Shown: positions 18,727 to 28,828 of the stretch, one piece after another
Layout of the letters: every line of letters begins with the position of its first letter
Position numbering within the stretch: position 1 is the stretch's first letter
NCBI GenBank assembly: GCA_052034955.1
Contig: JBPOHZ010000015.1
Coordinates: 26,998 to 90,997, forward strand
Direction: 5' to 3'
DNA length: 64,000 nucleotides
Source: Candidatus Saccharimonadota bacterium
GTDB taxonomy: Bacteria; Patescibacteriota; Saccharimonadia; Saccharimonadales; AWTP1-31
Made by a program: the position numbers and the translations under genes
Notes under the pieces: generated by a model
What the model was told of the DNA's origin: nothing
Seen by the model: the letters and a program-made list of their open reading frames with translations, nothing else
Database searches by the model: none

Positions 18727-20862
18727 TTGTCTACAATCAACCCATACGGAAAAGACATAATTAAAGTAGAGACCGAACTTTGTGGTAAAACACTTAGCCT
18801 AGAAGTCGGACGAGTTGGCTTTAGAACTAGCGCTAGCGTCATCGTACGATACGGTGAAACTGTAATCCTAGGAACAGCCATGGTTGGCAGTAAGCCACTC
18901 GCAGGATTCGACTATTTCCCCCTAAGCATTGATTACGAAGAAAAAATGTATGCAGCTGGTAAAATCAGCGGCTCCAGGTTTATTAAAAGAGAGGGTCGCC
19001 CAAGTGAGGACGCCATTTTGATCGGACGTCTTATCGACCGTCCAATTCGACCACTGTGGCCAAAAGGTTACCGTCACGAAGTACAAGGTGTAGCAACTGT
19101 ACTAAGCATGGACCCAACCTTCCGCCCAGATATGGTAGCCATGATCGCCATGAGCACAGCCTTTATGATGACTGGTGCACCATACGAAGGTCCAATTGCT
19201 GGACTCCGTATTGGAATCAAGGATGATGAATTTGTAGCTTTTGCCGATGCCGATACCTATGATAACGGAGAATTAGACCTAGTAGTCGCCGGAACCAAAG
19301 ATGCCGTCATGATGGTAGAAGCTGGTGCCAACGAAGTTTCCGAAGAAAAGGTAGTAGAAGGAATCGCCTTTGCTCACAAAGCAATGCAGCCAGCTATTAA
19401 AGCTCAAGAAGACCTTATTAAACAGCTCAAAGTAGAAAAACTAGAATTCGAACTTAGTCTGCCAGACGAAGACATCCAAAAACGGGTTAACACTTGGGTA
19501 GAGGGCAAGCTAGGCGCAGGACTTCGCAGCCCTTACCCAGAGCGTAACGAAATGGTAAACAAGCTTCGACACGAAATGGAAGCTCACTTTAAAGAAGAAC
19601 TAGGCGAAGACGCCTACAAAGATCTCCGTCAGGAATATGACGATGCTCTTACTTCTGCAATTCATAAAGACGTTCGAAAAGGCATTATCGAAGAAGGCCT
19701 ACGACCAGACGGACGTAAAATGGACGAAATCCGACAACTCTCTTCGGAAGTAAGCTTATTACCAAGAGCTCATGGATCAAGCTTATTCACTCGTGGAATG
19801 ACTCAGGCGATGAACATTGTCACTCTAGCCCCACTTAGCTATGCTCAGATGATCGACACCATGGAGCGTGACACCGAAAAGCGCTACATGCACCACTACA
19901 ACGCTCCTGGTTACACTGTTGGTGAAATCAAGCGTCTTGGTTCACCTGGTCGCCGAGAAATCGGCCACAGCGCATTAGCTGAGCGAGCACTACTACCAGT
20001 TATCCCAGCAGAAGCTGACTTCCCATATACCATTCGTTCAGTAACAGAGATTATGAGTCAAAATGGTAGCACCAGCATGGCTGCAACTTGTTCTAGTACC
20101 TTGGCACTACTCGATGCTGGCGTTCCACTTATTCGTCCAGTTAGCGGAATTGCTATGGGCTTAATGTTAGACGGCGATAAGCCAGTTATTCTTTCCGACA
20201 TCGCAGACGCCGAAGACTTTGCTGGCGACATGGACTTTAAAGTTACTGGAACCACCAAAGGTATTACCGCTCTTCAAATGGACATGAAGGTCCATGGACT
20301 TCCAGTAGAGACTTTAGCCAAAGCTCTTGCCGAAGGTAAAATTGGTCGAGCAAAAATTCTTGACCACATGATGAGTGTTAAAAGCGAAGCTGGAAAGATG
20401 AGCCCATACGCTCCACGCGTCGAAGCAATAACCATCAATCCAGACAAGATTCGCGAAGTTATCGGAAAGGGCGGAGAAGTGATCCAAAAGATTACTGGCG
20501 AAACCGGTGCCGAAATCGACATCAAGGATGACGGAACCATTATGATCGCCAGCCCAGATGGCGACAGCATCGAAGCTGCCAAGAAGTGGATCATGGCGAT
20601 TGTGGCCGAACCAGAAGTAGGCAAGATCTACCAAGATGTTCCAGTCATGACCGTTATGGACTTTGGTGCATTCGTTCAGATCATGCCTGGTAAAGACGGG
20701 CTAGTTCATGTATCCGAAATGAGCGAAGAACGCGTCGAAAAGCCATCTGATGTAGTAAAAGAAGGCGATCGAGTAACAGTTAAACTTGTTGCCATCGACG
20801 ACCGTGGACGACTACAATTAAGCATGAAGGCTGCCGCCCGAGAGCTGAAAGACAAGAAATAA
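18727..20862 (+). CDS. pnp: Polyribonucleotide nucleotidyltransferase
   Basis: Two RNase PH domains (FPLSIDYEEK, RREIGH, GDMDFKV), KH and S1 domains; TTG start after GAGGAG. Confidence 0.98.
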   Translation: MSTINPYGKDIIKVETELCGKTLSLEVGRVGFRTSASVIVRYGETVILGTAMVGSKPLAGFDYFPLSIDYEEKMYAAGKISGSRFIKREGRPSEDAILIGRLIDRPIRPLWPKGYRHEVQGVATVLSMDPTFRPDMVAMIAMSTAFMMTGAPYEGPIAGLRIGIKDDEFVAFADADTYDNGELDLVVAGTKDAVMMVEAGANEVSEEKVVEGIAFAHKAMQPAIKAQEDLIKQLKVEKLEFELSLPDEDIQKRVNTWVEGKLGAGLRSPYPERNEMVNKLRHEMEAHFKEELGEDAYKDLRQEYDDALTSAIHKDVRKGIIEEGLRPDGRKMDEIRQLSSEVSLLPRAHGSSLFTRGMTQAMNIVTLAPLSYAQMIDTMERDTEKRYMHHYNAPGYTVGEIKRLGSPGRREIGHSALAERALLPVIPAEADFPYTIRSVTEIMSQNGSTSMAATCSSTLALLDAGVPLIRPVSGIAMGLMLDGDKPVILSDIADAEDFAGDMDFKVTGTTKGITALQMDMKVHGLPVETLAKALAEGKIGRAKILDHMMSVKSEAGKMSPYAPRVEAITINPDKIREVIGKGGEVIQKITGETGAEIDIKDDGTIMIASPDGDSIEAAKKWIMAIVAEPEVGKIYQDVPVMTVMDFGAFVQIMPGKDGLVHVSEMSEERVEKPSDVVKEGDRVTVKLVAIDDRGRLQLSMKAAARELKDKK

Positions 20863-20874
20863 TAAGGAGTGGGA

Positions 20875-21135
20875 ATGGCAAAAGCTAAAGTAAGTAAAAA
20901 AGCAGTAAATCAGGTATCTAAACATCAGTTGAGGGTAGCGCACATAATTATGTTAGTGCTTGGCTTTATGATTACTTGGTCTGGCTTTGACAGTATAAGA
21001 ACTGTAGTTGACTCGGGAATAAAATACTCCCCAGACTGGCAAGTTCCTGCCTATATGGTTTTATTTGGAGGCGCCATTATCGGCGTAGCTATAAATGGTT
21101 TGGCAACCCTAAAGAAGAACGATGGCAAAAAGTAA
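20875..21135 (+). CDS. Small 2-TM membrane protein
   Basis: AAGGAG RBS then ATG 20875; two hydrophobic helices. Confidence 0.7.
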   Translation: MAKAKVSKKAVNQVSKHQLRVAHIIMLVLGFMITWSGFDSIRTVVDSGIKYSPDWQVPAYMVLFGGAIIGVAINGLATLKKNDGKK

Positions 21136-21334
21136 CGCACCCGAGATACAACAGAGCATTCGTATAGCTAGGGTTGTTCTAGGCTTACTTATTATCCTGT
21201 TTCCGATCTCATTAGTTTACGCAATAATTAACCCCAATGTAGGCAATTTTGTATCGGTAGCAATTGACGGGCTTTTTATAGCTGGCGAAATATTAACGCT
21301 AAGGCATTTGGAGCGAGCTCATGGCAAAAAGTAA
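21122..21334 (+). CDS. Small 2-TM membrane protein
   Basis: Starts inside the ATGGCAAAAAGTAA joint that also stops the previous gene. Confidence 0.7.
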   Translation: MAKSNAPEIQQSIRIARVVLGLLIILFPISLVYAIINPNVGNFVSVAIDGLFIAGEILTLRHLERAHGKK

Positions 21335-21527
21335 ACAGCAACTAAAAGACATGCACGACAGCCGTAACGGCAAGCTAGCCTTTGGTGTTGTGGCTCTGAT
21401 TGCTGCTTGGTTAATGTTCCTACGAGCTACTCATACTGGTAGCCTGCAGCAATATGCCATGCTCATAGCCTTAACGGTATATGGCATTAACCGATTATTC
21501 AGAGCATTAATCCCAAAGAATGGATAA
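21321..21527 (+). CDS. Small 2-TM membrane protein
   Basis: Same ATGGCAAAAAGTAA joint; translationally coupled to udg. Confidence 0.72.
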   Translation: MAKSKQQLKDMHDSRNGKLAFGVVALIAAWLMFLRATHTGSLQQYAMLIALTVYGINRLFRALIPKNG

Positions 21528-22098
21528 ACAGGCTCGGCTTGACCAGATCAAGGCAGATATCCTCGAGCAGAATATCTGTCCAGATTTGGCCAAGCAAGCC
21601 AATCAGCTGGTATTTGGTACCGGTAGCCCCGATGCAGAAGTCGTTTTTATCGGCGAAGCACCAGGCAAGAACGAAGATTTAAAAGGTGAACCTTTCGTGG
21701 GAGCTTCTGGCAAATTGCTGGACGAAATGCTGGCCAGTATCGGATTGAATCGTTCGCACATTTATATAACCAATATAGTAAAGTATCGCCCTCCGAAGAA
21801 TCGGGACCCATCCAATGAAGAGAAGGAGGCGTTCTTACCATTCTTGTACTCCCAGTTGGCAGCAATTAATCCTAAAGTCATAGTGACATTAGGTCGACAT
21901 AGTTCAAATTGCTTCCTACCGGGTTTACAAATAAGTGCCATTCATGGCCAAACCCAAACTGTAACAGTGAAACTGCAAAAAAAGTCGCTAAGCTGGAAGA
22001 TCTTGCCACTCTACCATCCGGCAGCTGCGCTTTATAACGGCAAACTTCGTCAAACATTGTTCGATGATTTCACTGCAATTACTAAGATTACAAAATAA
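21520..22098 (+). CDS. Uracil-DNA glycosylase, family 4
   Basis: FIGEAPG, PFVGASG, YITNIVKYRPPKNRDP and YHPAA. Confidence 0.95.
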   Translation: MDKQARLDQIKADILEQNICPDLAKQANQLVFGTGSPDAEVVFIGEAPGKNEDLKGEPFVGASGKLLDEMLASIGLNRSHIYITNIVKYRPPKNRDPSNEEKEAFLPFLYSQLAAINPKVIVTLGRHSSNCFLPGLQISAIHGQTQTVTVKLQKKSLSWKILPLYHPAAALYNGKLRQTLFDDFTAITKITK

Positions 22099-22124
22099 TA
22101 TCTAAATAATTAGAAAGAAGGATT

Positions 22125-24257
22125 ATGAATCCAGAAACAACAAAACCAACTGGACCAACCGGTCCAAAGAAACCGAGTAACCGACCAGCTAATCAAGGCG
22201 GTCGACCTCAAAACAATAAAAATCCTAAAGCCGGCTCTAAAGCCCCAGCTATGGGTGGCCGCGGTGGTGCCTCTAGGGGTGCCGCTATGCGAGCTCAAAA
22301 GCGCAACCAAGACGATGCCCACAAGGCCGTCAGCGCATATTTACCAACCAACGATGCACCAAAGCGCGCTAACGTTATTGCCGATGACTTCGATAAGCTC
22401 AAGATTACTTTCTTGGGTGGACAAGACGGTATTGGCGAAAAGAACATGCAAGTTGTCGAATGGCAAAATGATGCCATCATCCTAGACTGTGGTAACAATC
22501 TAGGCCTTGAGCTTCCAGGAGTTAACTACTCAATCGCCGACACAACTTACCTAGAAACCATTAAACACAAGATTCGCGGCTACGTTATTAGTCACGGACA
22601 CCTTGATCACCTTGGTGGACTTAAGCACATCGTTCCAAAGTTCCCAGCTCCAATTTACGGATCGCTCTTTACATTAGGTGTCGTAACCAAGACATTCGAA
22701 GACATTGCTGCCGATACAGGTCTGGAGTTCGAGCCAAAACTAATGGCTATGAACATGGACAACCATGAACGACTTAAGCTAGGCGCGTTTACCCTAGAAT
22801 TAGTCCGAGTAACTCACTCCGTTCCAGAATCTAGCTTAATCGTAGTAGATACTCCAGTTGGACGAATCATCAACACCGGTGACTTCCGTCTCGACCCAGA
22901 ACCACTCGACCAAATGCCAAGTGATGTTAAGCGTCTAAAAGAACTAGGTGACGAAGGTGTTCTACTGCTTATGAGCGAAAGCACCTATACTCAGGTTCCG
23001 GGACGTCAGCCAACCGAAAGTACTCTGCAGCAGAGTTTCCACGATGTTGTAGGCCAGGCCGAAGGTCGTGTCTTTGTGGCAATTTTCTCTAGTAACATGA
23101 ACCGTGTTCAGATGATCGTAAATGCAGCTGTAGCTGCCGGTCGTCGAGTAGCCCTAGATGGTCGAAGTATGATGAGCTACGCCGAAATTGCAGTCCGACA
23201 GGGAATTCTTAAGATCCCTAAGGGTACCGTGCTTGCGATGCGTGAAATGCCAAACATTCCACCAGAGCAGGTACTTGTTATCTGTACCGGTGGACAGGGT
23301 GAGCCAAACGCTGCCATGCAACGTATGGCCGAAGGTACTCACAAGCACATTAAGTTGCAGCCAAAAGATACCGTCATTGTTAGCTCCAACCCAATTCCGG
23401 GTAACGAGATTCGCTACCAGCAGATCGGTGACGACCTATCCAAATTAGGTGTTCATTTGTATCAGCACCCAAGTCACGAAGTAGATGGCTGTGGACCACT
23501 GCACGTTGGTGGACACGCTCGTCGCGAAGAGCACCGCGAGATGATCAACATGCTCAAGCCCAAGTTCTTTGCTCCTATTTATGCCGGTGCACGTAACCGT
23601 ACTTACCACATGGAGATGGCTATCGAAGAGGGTATTGCCCGCAAAGATATCATTATGGCTGGTAACGGCGAAACCGTATTACTGTCAGAAGACAAATGGG
23701 AAATGGGTCCTGAGGCTCCAAGTGGAAGCGTATTAGTTGACCAGTCTGGCTCAGTTGTAAGTGGAATCGTGGTCAAAGACCGTATTATGTTGAGCGAGGA
23801 AGGTCTTGTGGCCGTCATCTTGACCATCGACAAACGAACCGGTCAGTTAGCTACAAGTCCAGATATCATTAGCCGAGGCTTCATCTACATGAGAGACTCA
23901 GAAGAGTTAATGAACAACTTCCGTACCGAACTACGCCGAGCTGTTGCTCAGCGATTTAAGCGTGTCGACCTCGATCGCTTTAAGGCAGAATTACGTGATC
24001 ACATCACACATTTCTTGTATGAACACACGCAGCGAAGCCCAATTGTCATACCAGTAGTAAACGTTATTTCTGGAGGTAAGCAAGGCGAATCAAAGGGTGG
24101 CAAGCCAAATGGTCCGGCCCAAGCCTCTAATGGTCAACACCCACTAGAAGCCGCTGCACCAGAACCAGTAACTCCAGAAGAGCAGGCTGCCGACATGCAG
24201 AAGCGTTTCCAAGAAATGCGCGAAAAACTCCTTGGCCACGACTCCTTGGCTGAGTAA
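22125..24257 (+). CDS. rnj: Ribonuclease J
   Basis: HGHLDHLG metallo-beta-lactamase motif, HSVPE, TGDF, beta-CASP region, HVGGHA and C-terminal SRGFIY. Confidence 0.97.
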   Translation: MNPETTKPTGPTGPKKPSNRPANQGGRPQNNKNPKAGSKAPAMGGRGGASRGAAMRAQKRNQDDAHKAVSAYLPTNDAPKRANVIADDFDKLKITFLGGQDGIGEKNMQVVEWQNDAIILDCGNNLGLELPGVNYSIADTTYLETIKHKIRGYVISHGHLDHLGGLKHIVPKFPAPIYGSLFTLGVVTKTFEDIAADTGLEFEPKLMAMNMDNHERLKLGAFTLELVRVTHSVPESSLIVVDTPVGRIINTGDFRLDPEPLDQMPSDVKRLKELGDEGVLLLMSESTYTQVPGRQPTESTLQQSFHDVVGQAEGRVFVAIFSSNMNRVQMIVNAAVAAGRRVALDGRSMMSYAEIAVRQGILKIPKGTVLAMREMPNIPPEQVLVICTGGQGEPNAAMQRMAEGTHKHIKLQPKDTVIVSSNPIPGNEIRYQQIGDDLSKLGVHLYQHPSHEVDGCGPLHVGGHARREEHREMINMLKPKFFAPIYAGARNRTYHMEMAIEEGIARKDIIMAGNGETVLLSEDKWEMGPEAPSGSVLVDQSGSVVSGIVVKDRIMLSEEGLVAVILTIDKRTGQLATSPDIISRGFIYMRDSEELMNNFRTELRRAVAQRFKRVDLDRFKAELRDHITHFLYEHTQRSPIVIPVVNVISGGKQGESKGGKPNGPAQASNGQHPLEAAAPEPVTPEEQAADMQKRFQEMREKLLGHDSLAE

Positions 24258-24275
24258 GTCTGGTATCATTGCTCC

Positions 24276-24818
24276 ATGAGTCACTCACCCGATCAAGACC
24301 CGGCCGTGTCTGAAGACGGACATGAAATTCGGCCTACCATAGATGAAGTCTATACATTAAATGAATCCATTTCTGATCTTGCACGCACAGAGGTAGAGAA
24401 TGGCAATGGTCGCGATACCCGAACTGTTAGTAACGAGCAAGGTGAAGTGTTTACAATAAATACACCAATATTCAAGGAGCCGGCTGGAGACAGCGGAATT
24501 ACAACCTTGAGGGCAGCTATATATAGTTTTGCACCGCAAATAATGCATACCAGTACGGGGCGTTTGGTCCGAGAGCGTTTGGAGTGGACGATCATTGTTC
24601 CAGACAAAGATCTGCTAGGGATCGTTGATGATCCCGATTACTCCCTGGCCATAGTCCGAAAACTGGTACCTGTTAATTCACAAGGACTTCCTGATCCAAG
24701 GCCAGGCCATAAAGAGTTTGTTGATCAGAACACTCAATTGGTAAACTGGCCTGATCGAAGGATCTTTGAAACTATCAAGCGTGCATACGACCACTTGGCT
24801 ACAACAAGTCCACAATAA
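24276..24818 (+). CDS. Hypothetical protein
   Basis: 180-aa ORF, TATCAT-6 nt-ATG leaderless promoter. Confidence 0.6.
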   Translation: MSHSPDQDPAVSEDGHEIRPTIDEVYTLNESISDLARTEVENGNGRDTRTVSNEQGEVFTINTPIFKEPAGDSGITTLRAAIYSFAPQIMHTSTGRLVRERLEWTIIVPDKDLLGIVDDPDYSLAIVRKLVPVNSQGLPDPRPGHKEFVDQNTQLVNWPDRRIFETIKRAYDHLATTSPQ

Positions 24819-24900
24819 CTAAGATATTGACTAATGTTGTATTTTTTGCTATAGTATATTTATTGCATAAGCAGTAACACTGGTATAATAAACAAACATT

Positions 24901-27087
24901 ATGGCTAAAAAGAAAAAACAAACACGAAGTCGCAAAAAAGTAGAGGTAGTGGAACGATCGCCGTTTTGGCCAATGGCCGGGGCAATCGTCATGATGTTGG
25001 CTGCTATTTTTGTGCTCATTGGAGGATTTAACACTGGTGGACCGCTACCCGTTGGGCTATTTGATGGCGCAGCCTGGACCCTTGGTTGGGGTGCTTGGCT
25101 TGTGCCAGTAGCATTAGTTTACTTTGGAGTGGTTAAGTTTAATTCCGAGGATCACCAGATCCCCCTCGGCAACTTTGTTAGTATGCTCGCCGGTTTAACA
25201 CTTAGTGCCAGCTGGCTTCATGTTATTTCGGTAGAAACTAATGACTTAGGCGAAGTCACTAGTCGCGGTGGGGCAGTCGGCAAACTTGTTGGCGGATCGG
25301 TTCTTAACGCCATCGACACTATTCCGGCTAGTTTAATGTTCTTTTTGTTCTCCATTCTAGCTTTCTTCTTTGCCTTTGGTATTTCTCCAAAAGTTCTTTT
25401 GAGCCTTATCGATATGATGCGACCCGCTAAAAGCGACGACACCGATCTGGGTGAACTTAAGGCACGTGCGGGCGAAGGATTCAAGATGAACGAAGGAGTT
25501 CCGGTAGAGCATCACCGTGGTCAATCAACCCGACTTAGCGGCCTTAAGAATACTGCCCAAAAACTTACTCCTGTTGAGGAACACAGCGCCCTAACCGTAG
25601 CCAGCGATCCAAACTGGAAATTACCGAGTACTAGCTTACTTAGTCATAAACAGGACAAAGCCGACGCCGGCGACGTAGAGGGCAATGCCCGAGCTATTCA
25701 GGAAACCTTTGATAACTTTAGTATTAGTGTCGAGATGGAAGGGGCCAATATTGGCCCGAGTGTTACGCAGTACACTCTAAAACCACCATCCGGCACAAAG
25801 CTGACTAAAATTACGGCACTCGAGAACAATATCGCTCTTGATCTTGCGGCTACTAGTATTCGTATTGAAGCTCCAATTCCTGGTAAAAAACTAGTAGGTA
25901 TCGAGGTGCCAAATGTAAAGCCGGCTACTGTTCGAATGAGCGGTATGCTGGAATCAAAAGAATGGATGGAGCATGAAGGCAGTCCATTGGCATTTGCTAT
26001 AGGGCGTGATATTGCCGGCAAACCAATTATTAACGACTTAGCCAAGATGCCTCACTTACTGGTGGCTGGACAAACCGGCTCCGGTAAATCGGTCATGATT
26101 AACACTATTCTAACCAGCATGCTGTATCGTAACAGCCCGGCCGATCTTAAGCTGATCCTAGTTGATCCTAAGCAAGTAGAACTTAAGCCATACGAAGATA
26201 TTCCACATCTGTTAACACCAGTTATTACTGAGCCAGAGAAGTGTATTAGCGCTCTCAAATGGACAGTCGCCGAAATGGAGCGACGCTACACCGCACTGAG
26301 CGAAATTCGAGTACGAAACATTGTCGAGTACAACAACAAAAAGCAAGAGGAGGGTATGCCCTACATCGTAGTAGTCATCGACGAGTTGGCCGACCTTATG
26401 ATGATGGCCGCTCGCGATGTCGAAGCCTTGATTGTCCGTATCGCACAAAAAGCTCGAGCCGTTGGTATTCACTTAGTACTTGCTACACAGAGGCCATCGG
26501 TGGATGTAATCACCGGTCTGATCAAGGCTAACGTGCCGGCTCGTATTGCCTTCACGACGGCCAGCCAGATTGACTCGCGAACCATTATCGACCAAATAGG
26601 TGCCGAGAAACTTCTAGGTAAAGGTGATATGTTGCTTTCGACTGCTAGCATGCCGAAGCCTATGCGTATCCAGGGTGCATTCATTGACGACGACGAAACC
26701 AATAAGGTTACCGACTTTATCCGTGAGCAACGCCCTCCACAATACGATGACGAAGTGGTTAGCATGCCAGTTCAGCTCAACGGTAAGGGCGGAATTGTGG
26801 CAGACGTAGATGCCGCAGATGAGCCAGTTTTCCGCCAGGCCGTAGAAGCTGTCATTCAGGCTGGAAAAGCCAGCACAAGCCTTTTACAGCGCCGATTGCG
26901 TATTGGTTATGGTAAGGCCGCTCGTATGATCGAATCTATGGAAGAACAGGGAATCGTTGGCCCGGCAGATGGCTCTAGACCCCGCGAAGTACTAGTCAGC
27001 AGCGTCGAGGAAGTATTTGGCGGTGGGGCAGCCGTGGCTGCAGAACCTGATGTCTACGACGACATGCCCGACAACAAGGTTGAGTAA
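24901..27087 (+). CDS. ftsK: DNA translocase FtsK
   Basis: 4 N-terminal TMs, PHLLVAGQTGSGKS, IDELADLMM, ATQRPSVDV and gamma domain STSLLQRRLRIGY. Confidence 0.98.
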   Translation: MAKKKKQTRSRKKVEVVERSPFWPMAGAIVMMLAAIFVLIGGFNTGGPLPVGLFDGAAWTLGWGAWLVPVALVYFGVVKFNSEDHQIPLGNFVSMLAGLTLSASWLHVISVETNDLGEVTSRGGAVGKLVGGSVLNAIDTIPASLMFFLFSILAFFFAFGISPKVLLSLIDMMRPAKSDDTDLGELKARAGEGFKMNEGVPVEHHRGQSTRLSGLKNTAQKLTPVEEHSALTVASDPNWKLPSTSLLSHKQDKADAGDVEGNARAIQETFDNFSISVEMEGANIGPSVTQYTLKPPSGTKLTKITALENNIALDLAATSIRIEAPIPGKKLVGIEVPNVKPATVRMSGMLESKEWMEHEGSPLAFAIGRDIAGKPIINDLAKMPHLLVAGQTGSGKSVMINTILTSMLYRNSPADLKLILVDPKQVELKPYEDIPHLLTPVITEPEKCISALKWTVAEMERRYTALSEIRVRNIVEYNNKKQEEGMPYIVVVIDELADLMMMAARDVEALIVRIAQKARAVGIHLVLATQRPSVDVITGLIKANVPARIAFTTASQIDSRTIIDQIGAEKLLGKGDMLLSTASMPKPMRIQGAFIDDDETNKVTDFIREQRPPQYDDEVVSMPVQLNGKGGIVADVDAADEPVFRQAVEAVIQAGKASTSLLQRRLRIGYGKAARMIESMEEQGIVGPADGSRPREVLVSSVEEVFGGGAAVAAEPDVYDDMPDNKVE

Positions 27088-27165
27088 CATTGATTAATTA
27101 TCAATTTTATAGTATAATCTGCACATCTTAAAGTAATTGACAGGTGGGCAGGAGAGCAGAGTATT

Positions 27166-27729
27166 ATGGTTGAACGTTTACGACGTGGGGCAGTTCCGTT
27201 ATTGATGGTGGCGGCACTTGCCGGAACAACAGCATGCAAAGATGCTACTGAAGCTGTAAGGCCATCCGAGACAACTATAACCAGTCCAGAAACTACCCAG
27301 CCGGATAGCATAGAGTTTTATAAAGGCTTATTGATCGATCAAATGCAGAATCTTGCCTGGACTGAATTCCATACCATGACAGGGGACCCGAATGTCGAGA
27401 AGACCTTTACTGAGCCTCAAGCTGGAGATCCAACCTATTCAGTAACGACTTTTCGCAAAGATACTGGCGAATATGTATCATGGTCAGTACAGCTAAAAGA
27501 GGGCGATAGCATCGAGGGTCGTGACTTCAGCGATGCATCAGGCATATCGCTTAGCCATTTCACCCCCACTGGCGAAACTACAGATAGACTTTATCTAGAG
27601 CGTACAGCAGACGGAGAACAATTCTTTATTGGCGATACCAAAATGGGCGCTTTTGATTCTCGTGATGGCGGACTGGCTGCAGCAATGGTTGTCCTGAAAG
27701 GTGCCAGCGACTTTCAAAGCGGCAACTAG
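27166..27729 (+). CDS. Putative lipoprotein
   Basis: Signal peptide ending LAGTTA-C; upstream TTGATT-17-TATAAT promoter. Confidence 0.7.
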   Translation: MVERLRRGAVPLLMVAALAGTTACKDATEAVRPSETTITSPETTQPDSIEFYKGLLIDQMQNLAWTEFHTMTGDPNVEKTFTEPQAGDPTYSVTTFRKDTGEYVSWSVQLKEGDSIEGRDFSDASGISLSHFTPTGETTDRLYLERTADGEQFFIGDTKMGAFDSRDGGLAAAMVVLKGASDFQSGN

Positions 27730-27849
27730 GTAGATACGGACGCTACACCCTTGTATAAACAATCGTTATAGGCTATAATTACCTCTGTTATATTAACTTC
27801 GGCTCGTGTCCCCTAGTGAACGCGGGCTTTAACCAGAGGAAGGAATCAA

Positions 27850-28242
27850 ATGAATCAGTATGAACTTGCTGTTGTTTATCACCCAGATCTAGAAGTAGAC
27901 CTGAGCAAAGCAGAGGCTAAAGTCCAGAAGATCGTCACCGACAATGGTGGTAGCGTTACTGCAACCGACAACTGGGGCAAGCGTAAACTAGCTTATCCTA
28001 TTGCCAAGCAGGAGCATGGTATTTACGTGTTTTATACACTGGAAATGCCTGGAGCTGGCGTTGCTAAGCTAGAATCTACGCTTAACATCACCGACGAAGT
28101 TATTCGTTTCTTGATTACACGTCCAGACCTTAAGGCTATTGCGAAAGCAGAAGCTACCAAGGCCGAGAAAGCCGAAAAGGCTGCTGCGCGTGGCGATCGA
28201 GCTGACGACGATGACGAAAAAGACGACGAAGACGACAAATAG
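27850..28242 (+). CDS. rpsF: 30S ribosomal protein S6
   Basis: YEL...WGKRKLAYPI...GIY...VIRFLI; acidic C-terminal tail. Confidence 0.97.
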   Translation: MNQYELAVVYHPDLEVDLSKAEAKVQKIVTDNGGSVTATDNWGKRKLAYPIAKQEHGIYVFYTLEMPGAGVAKLESTLNITDEVIRFLITRPDLKAIAKAEATKAEKAEKAAARGDRADDDDEKDDEDDK

Positions 28243-28342
28243 TCGTATTTAAAATACTGTTGCTTGACTGGCATGGCCAGCGGCAGTAGGCTAAGAATAC
28301 AAATAAGTTAAAGGACATAGATCCTACAAGGAGGGCGCCACA

Positions 28343-28819
28343 ATGGCACGATCATTTAACCAAGTAATCTTAATGGGAAACCTAACCAGGGATCCCGAGC
28401 TCAAGCAGATACCTAGCGGACAAAGTGTTTGTACCTTTAGCCTAGCGTTAAACCGAAGCTTCAAGGGTGCAGACGGCGAGTGGCAGGAAGCAACCGATTA
28501 CATCGATGTTGTTGCCTGGGGGCCGCTTGGCGAGCGAGTAGCTCAGTATGTAACCAAAGGTCGACCAGTATTGGTCAACGGACGCTTGCAGAGCCGCTCT
28601 TGGGAACAAGATGGCGTTAAGCGCAGCAAAGTAGAGGTAAACGCCCAAGACGTTACCTTCCTGGGTGGACGTGGCGAAGGTGCAGAAGGCGGCCAAGGTG
28701 GTGGCGATTACGCTCCAGCTCAAAGCTCTGCTCCAAAGAAATCAACCAAGAAAACAGATGAACCAGTCGTGGAAGATCTCGGCGAAGAGCCAATCAACCT
28801 CGACGACATCCCATTCTAA
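28343..28819 (+). CDS. ssb: Single-stranded DNA-binding protein
   Basis: NQVILMGNLTRDPE; C-terminal DDIPF. Confidence 0.98.
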   Translation: MARSFNQVILMGNLTRDPELKQIPSGQSVCTFSLALNRSFKGADGEWQEATDYIDVVAWGPLGERVAQYVTKGRPVLVNGRLQSRSWEQDGVKRSKVEVNAQDVTFLGGRGEGAEGGQGGGDYAPAQSSAPKKSTKKTDEPVVEDLGEEPINLDDIPF

Positions 28820-28828
28820 GGAGTGAAT

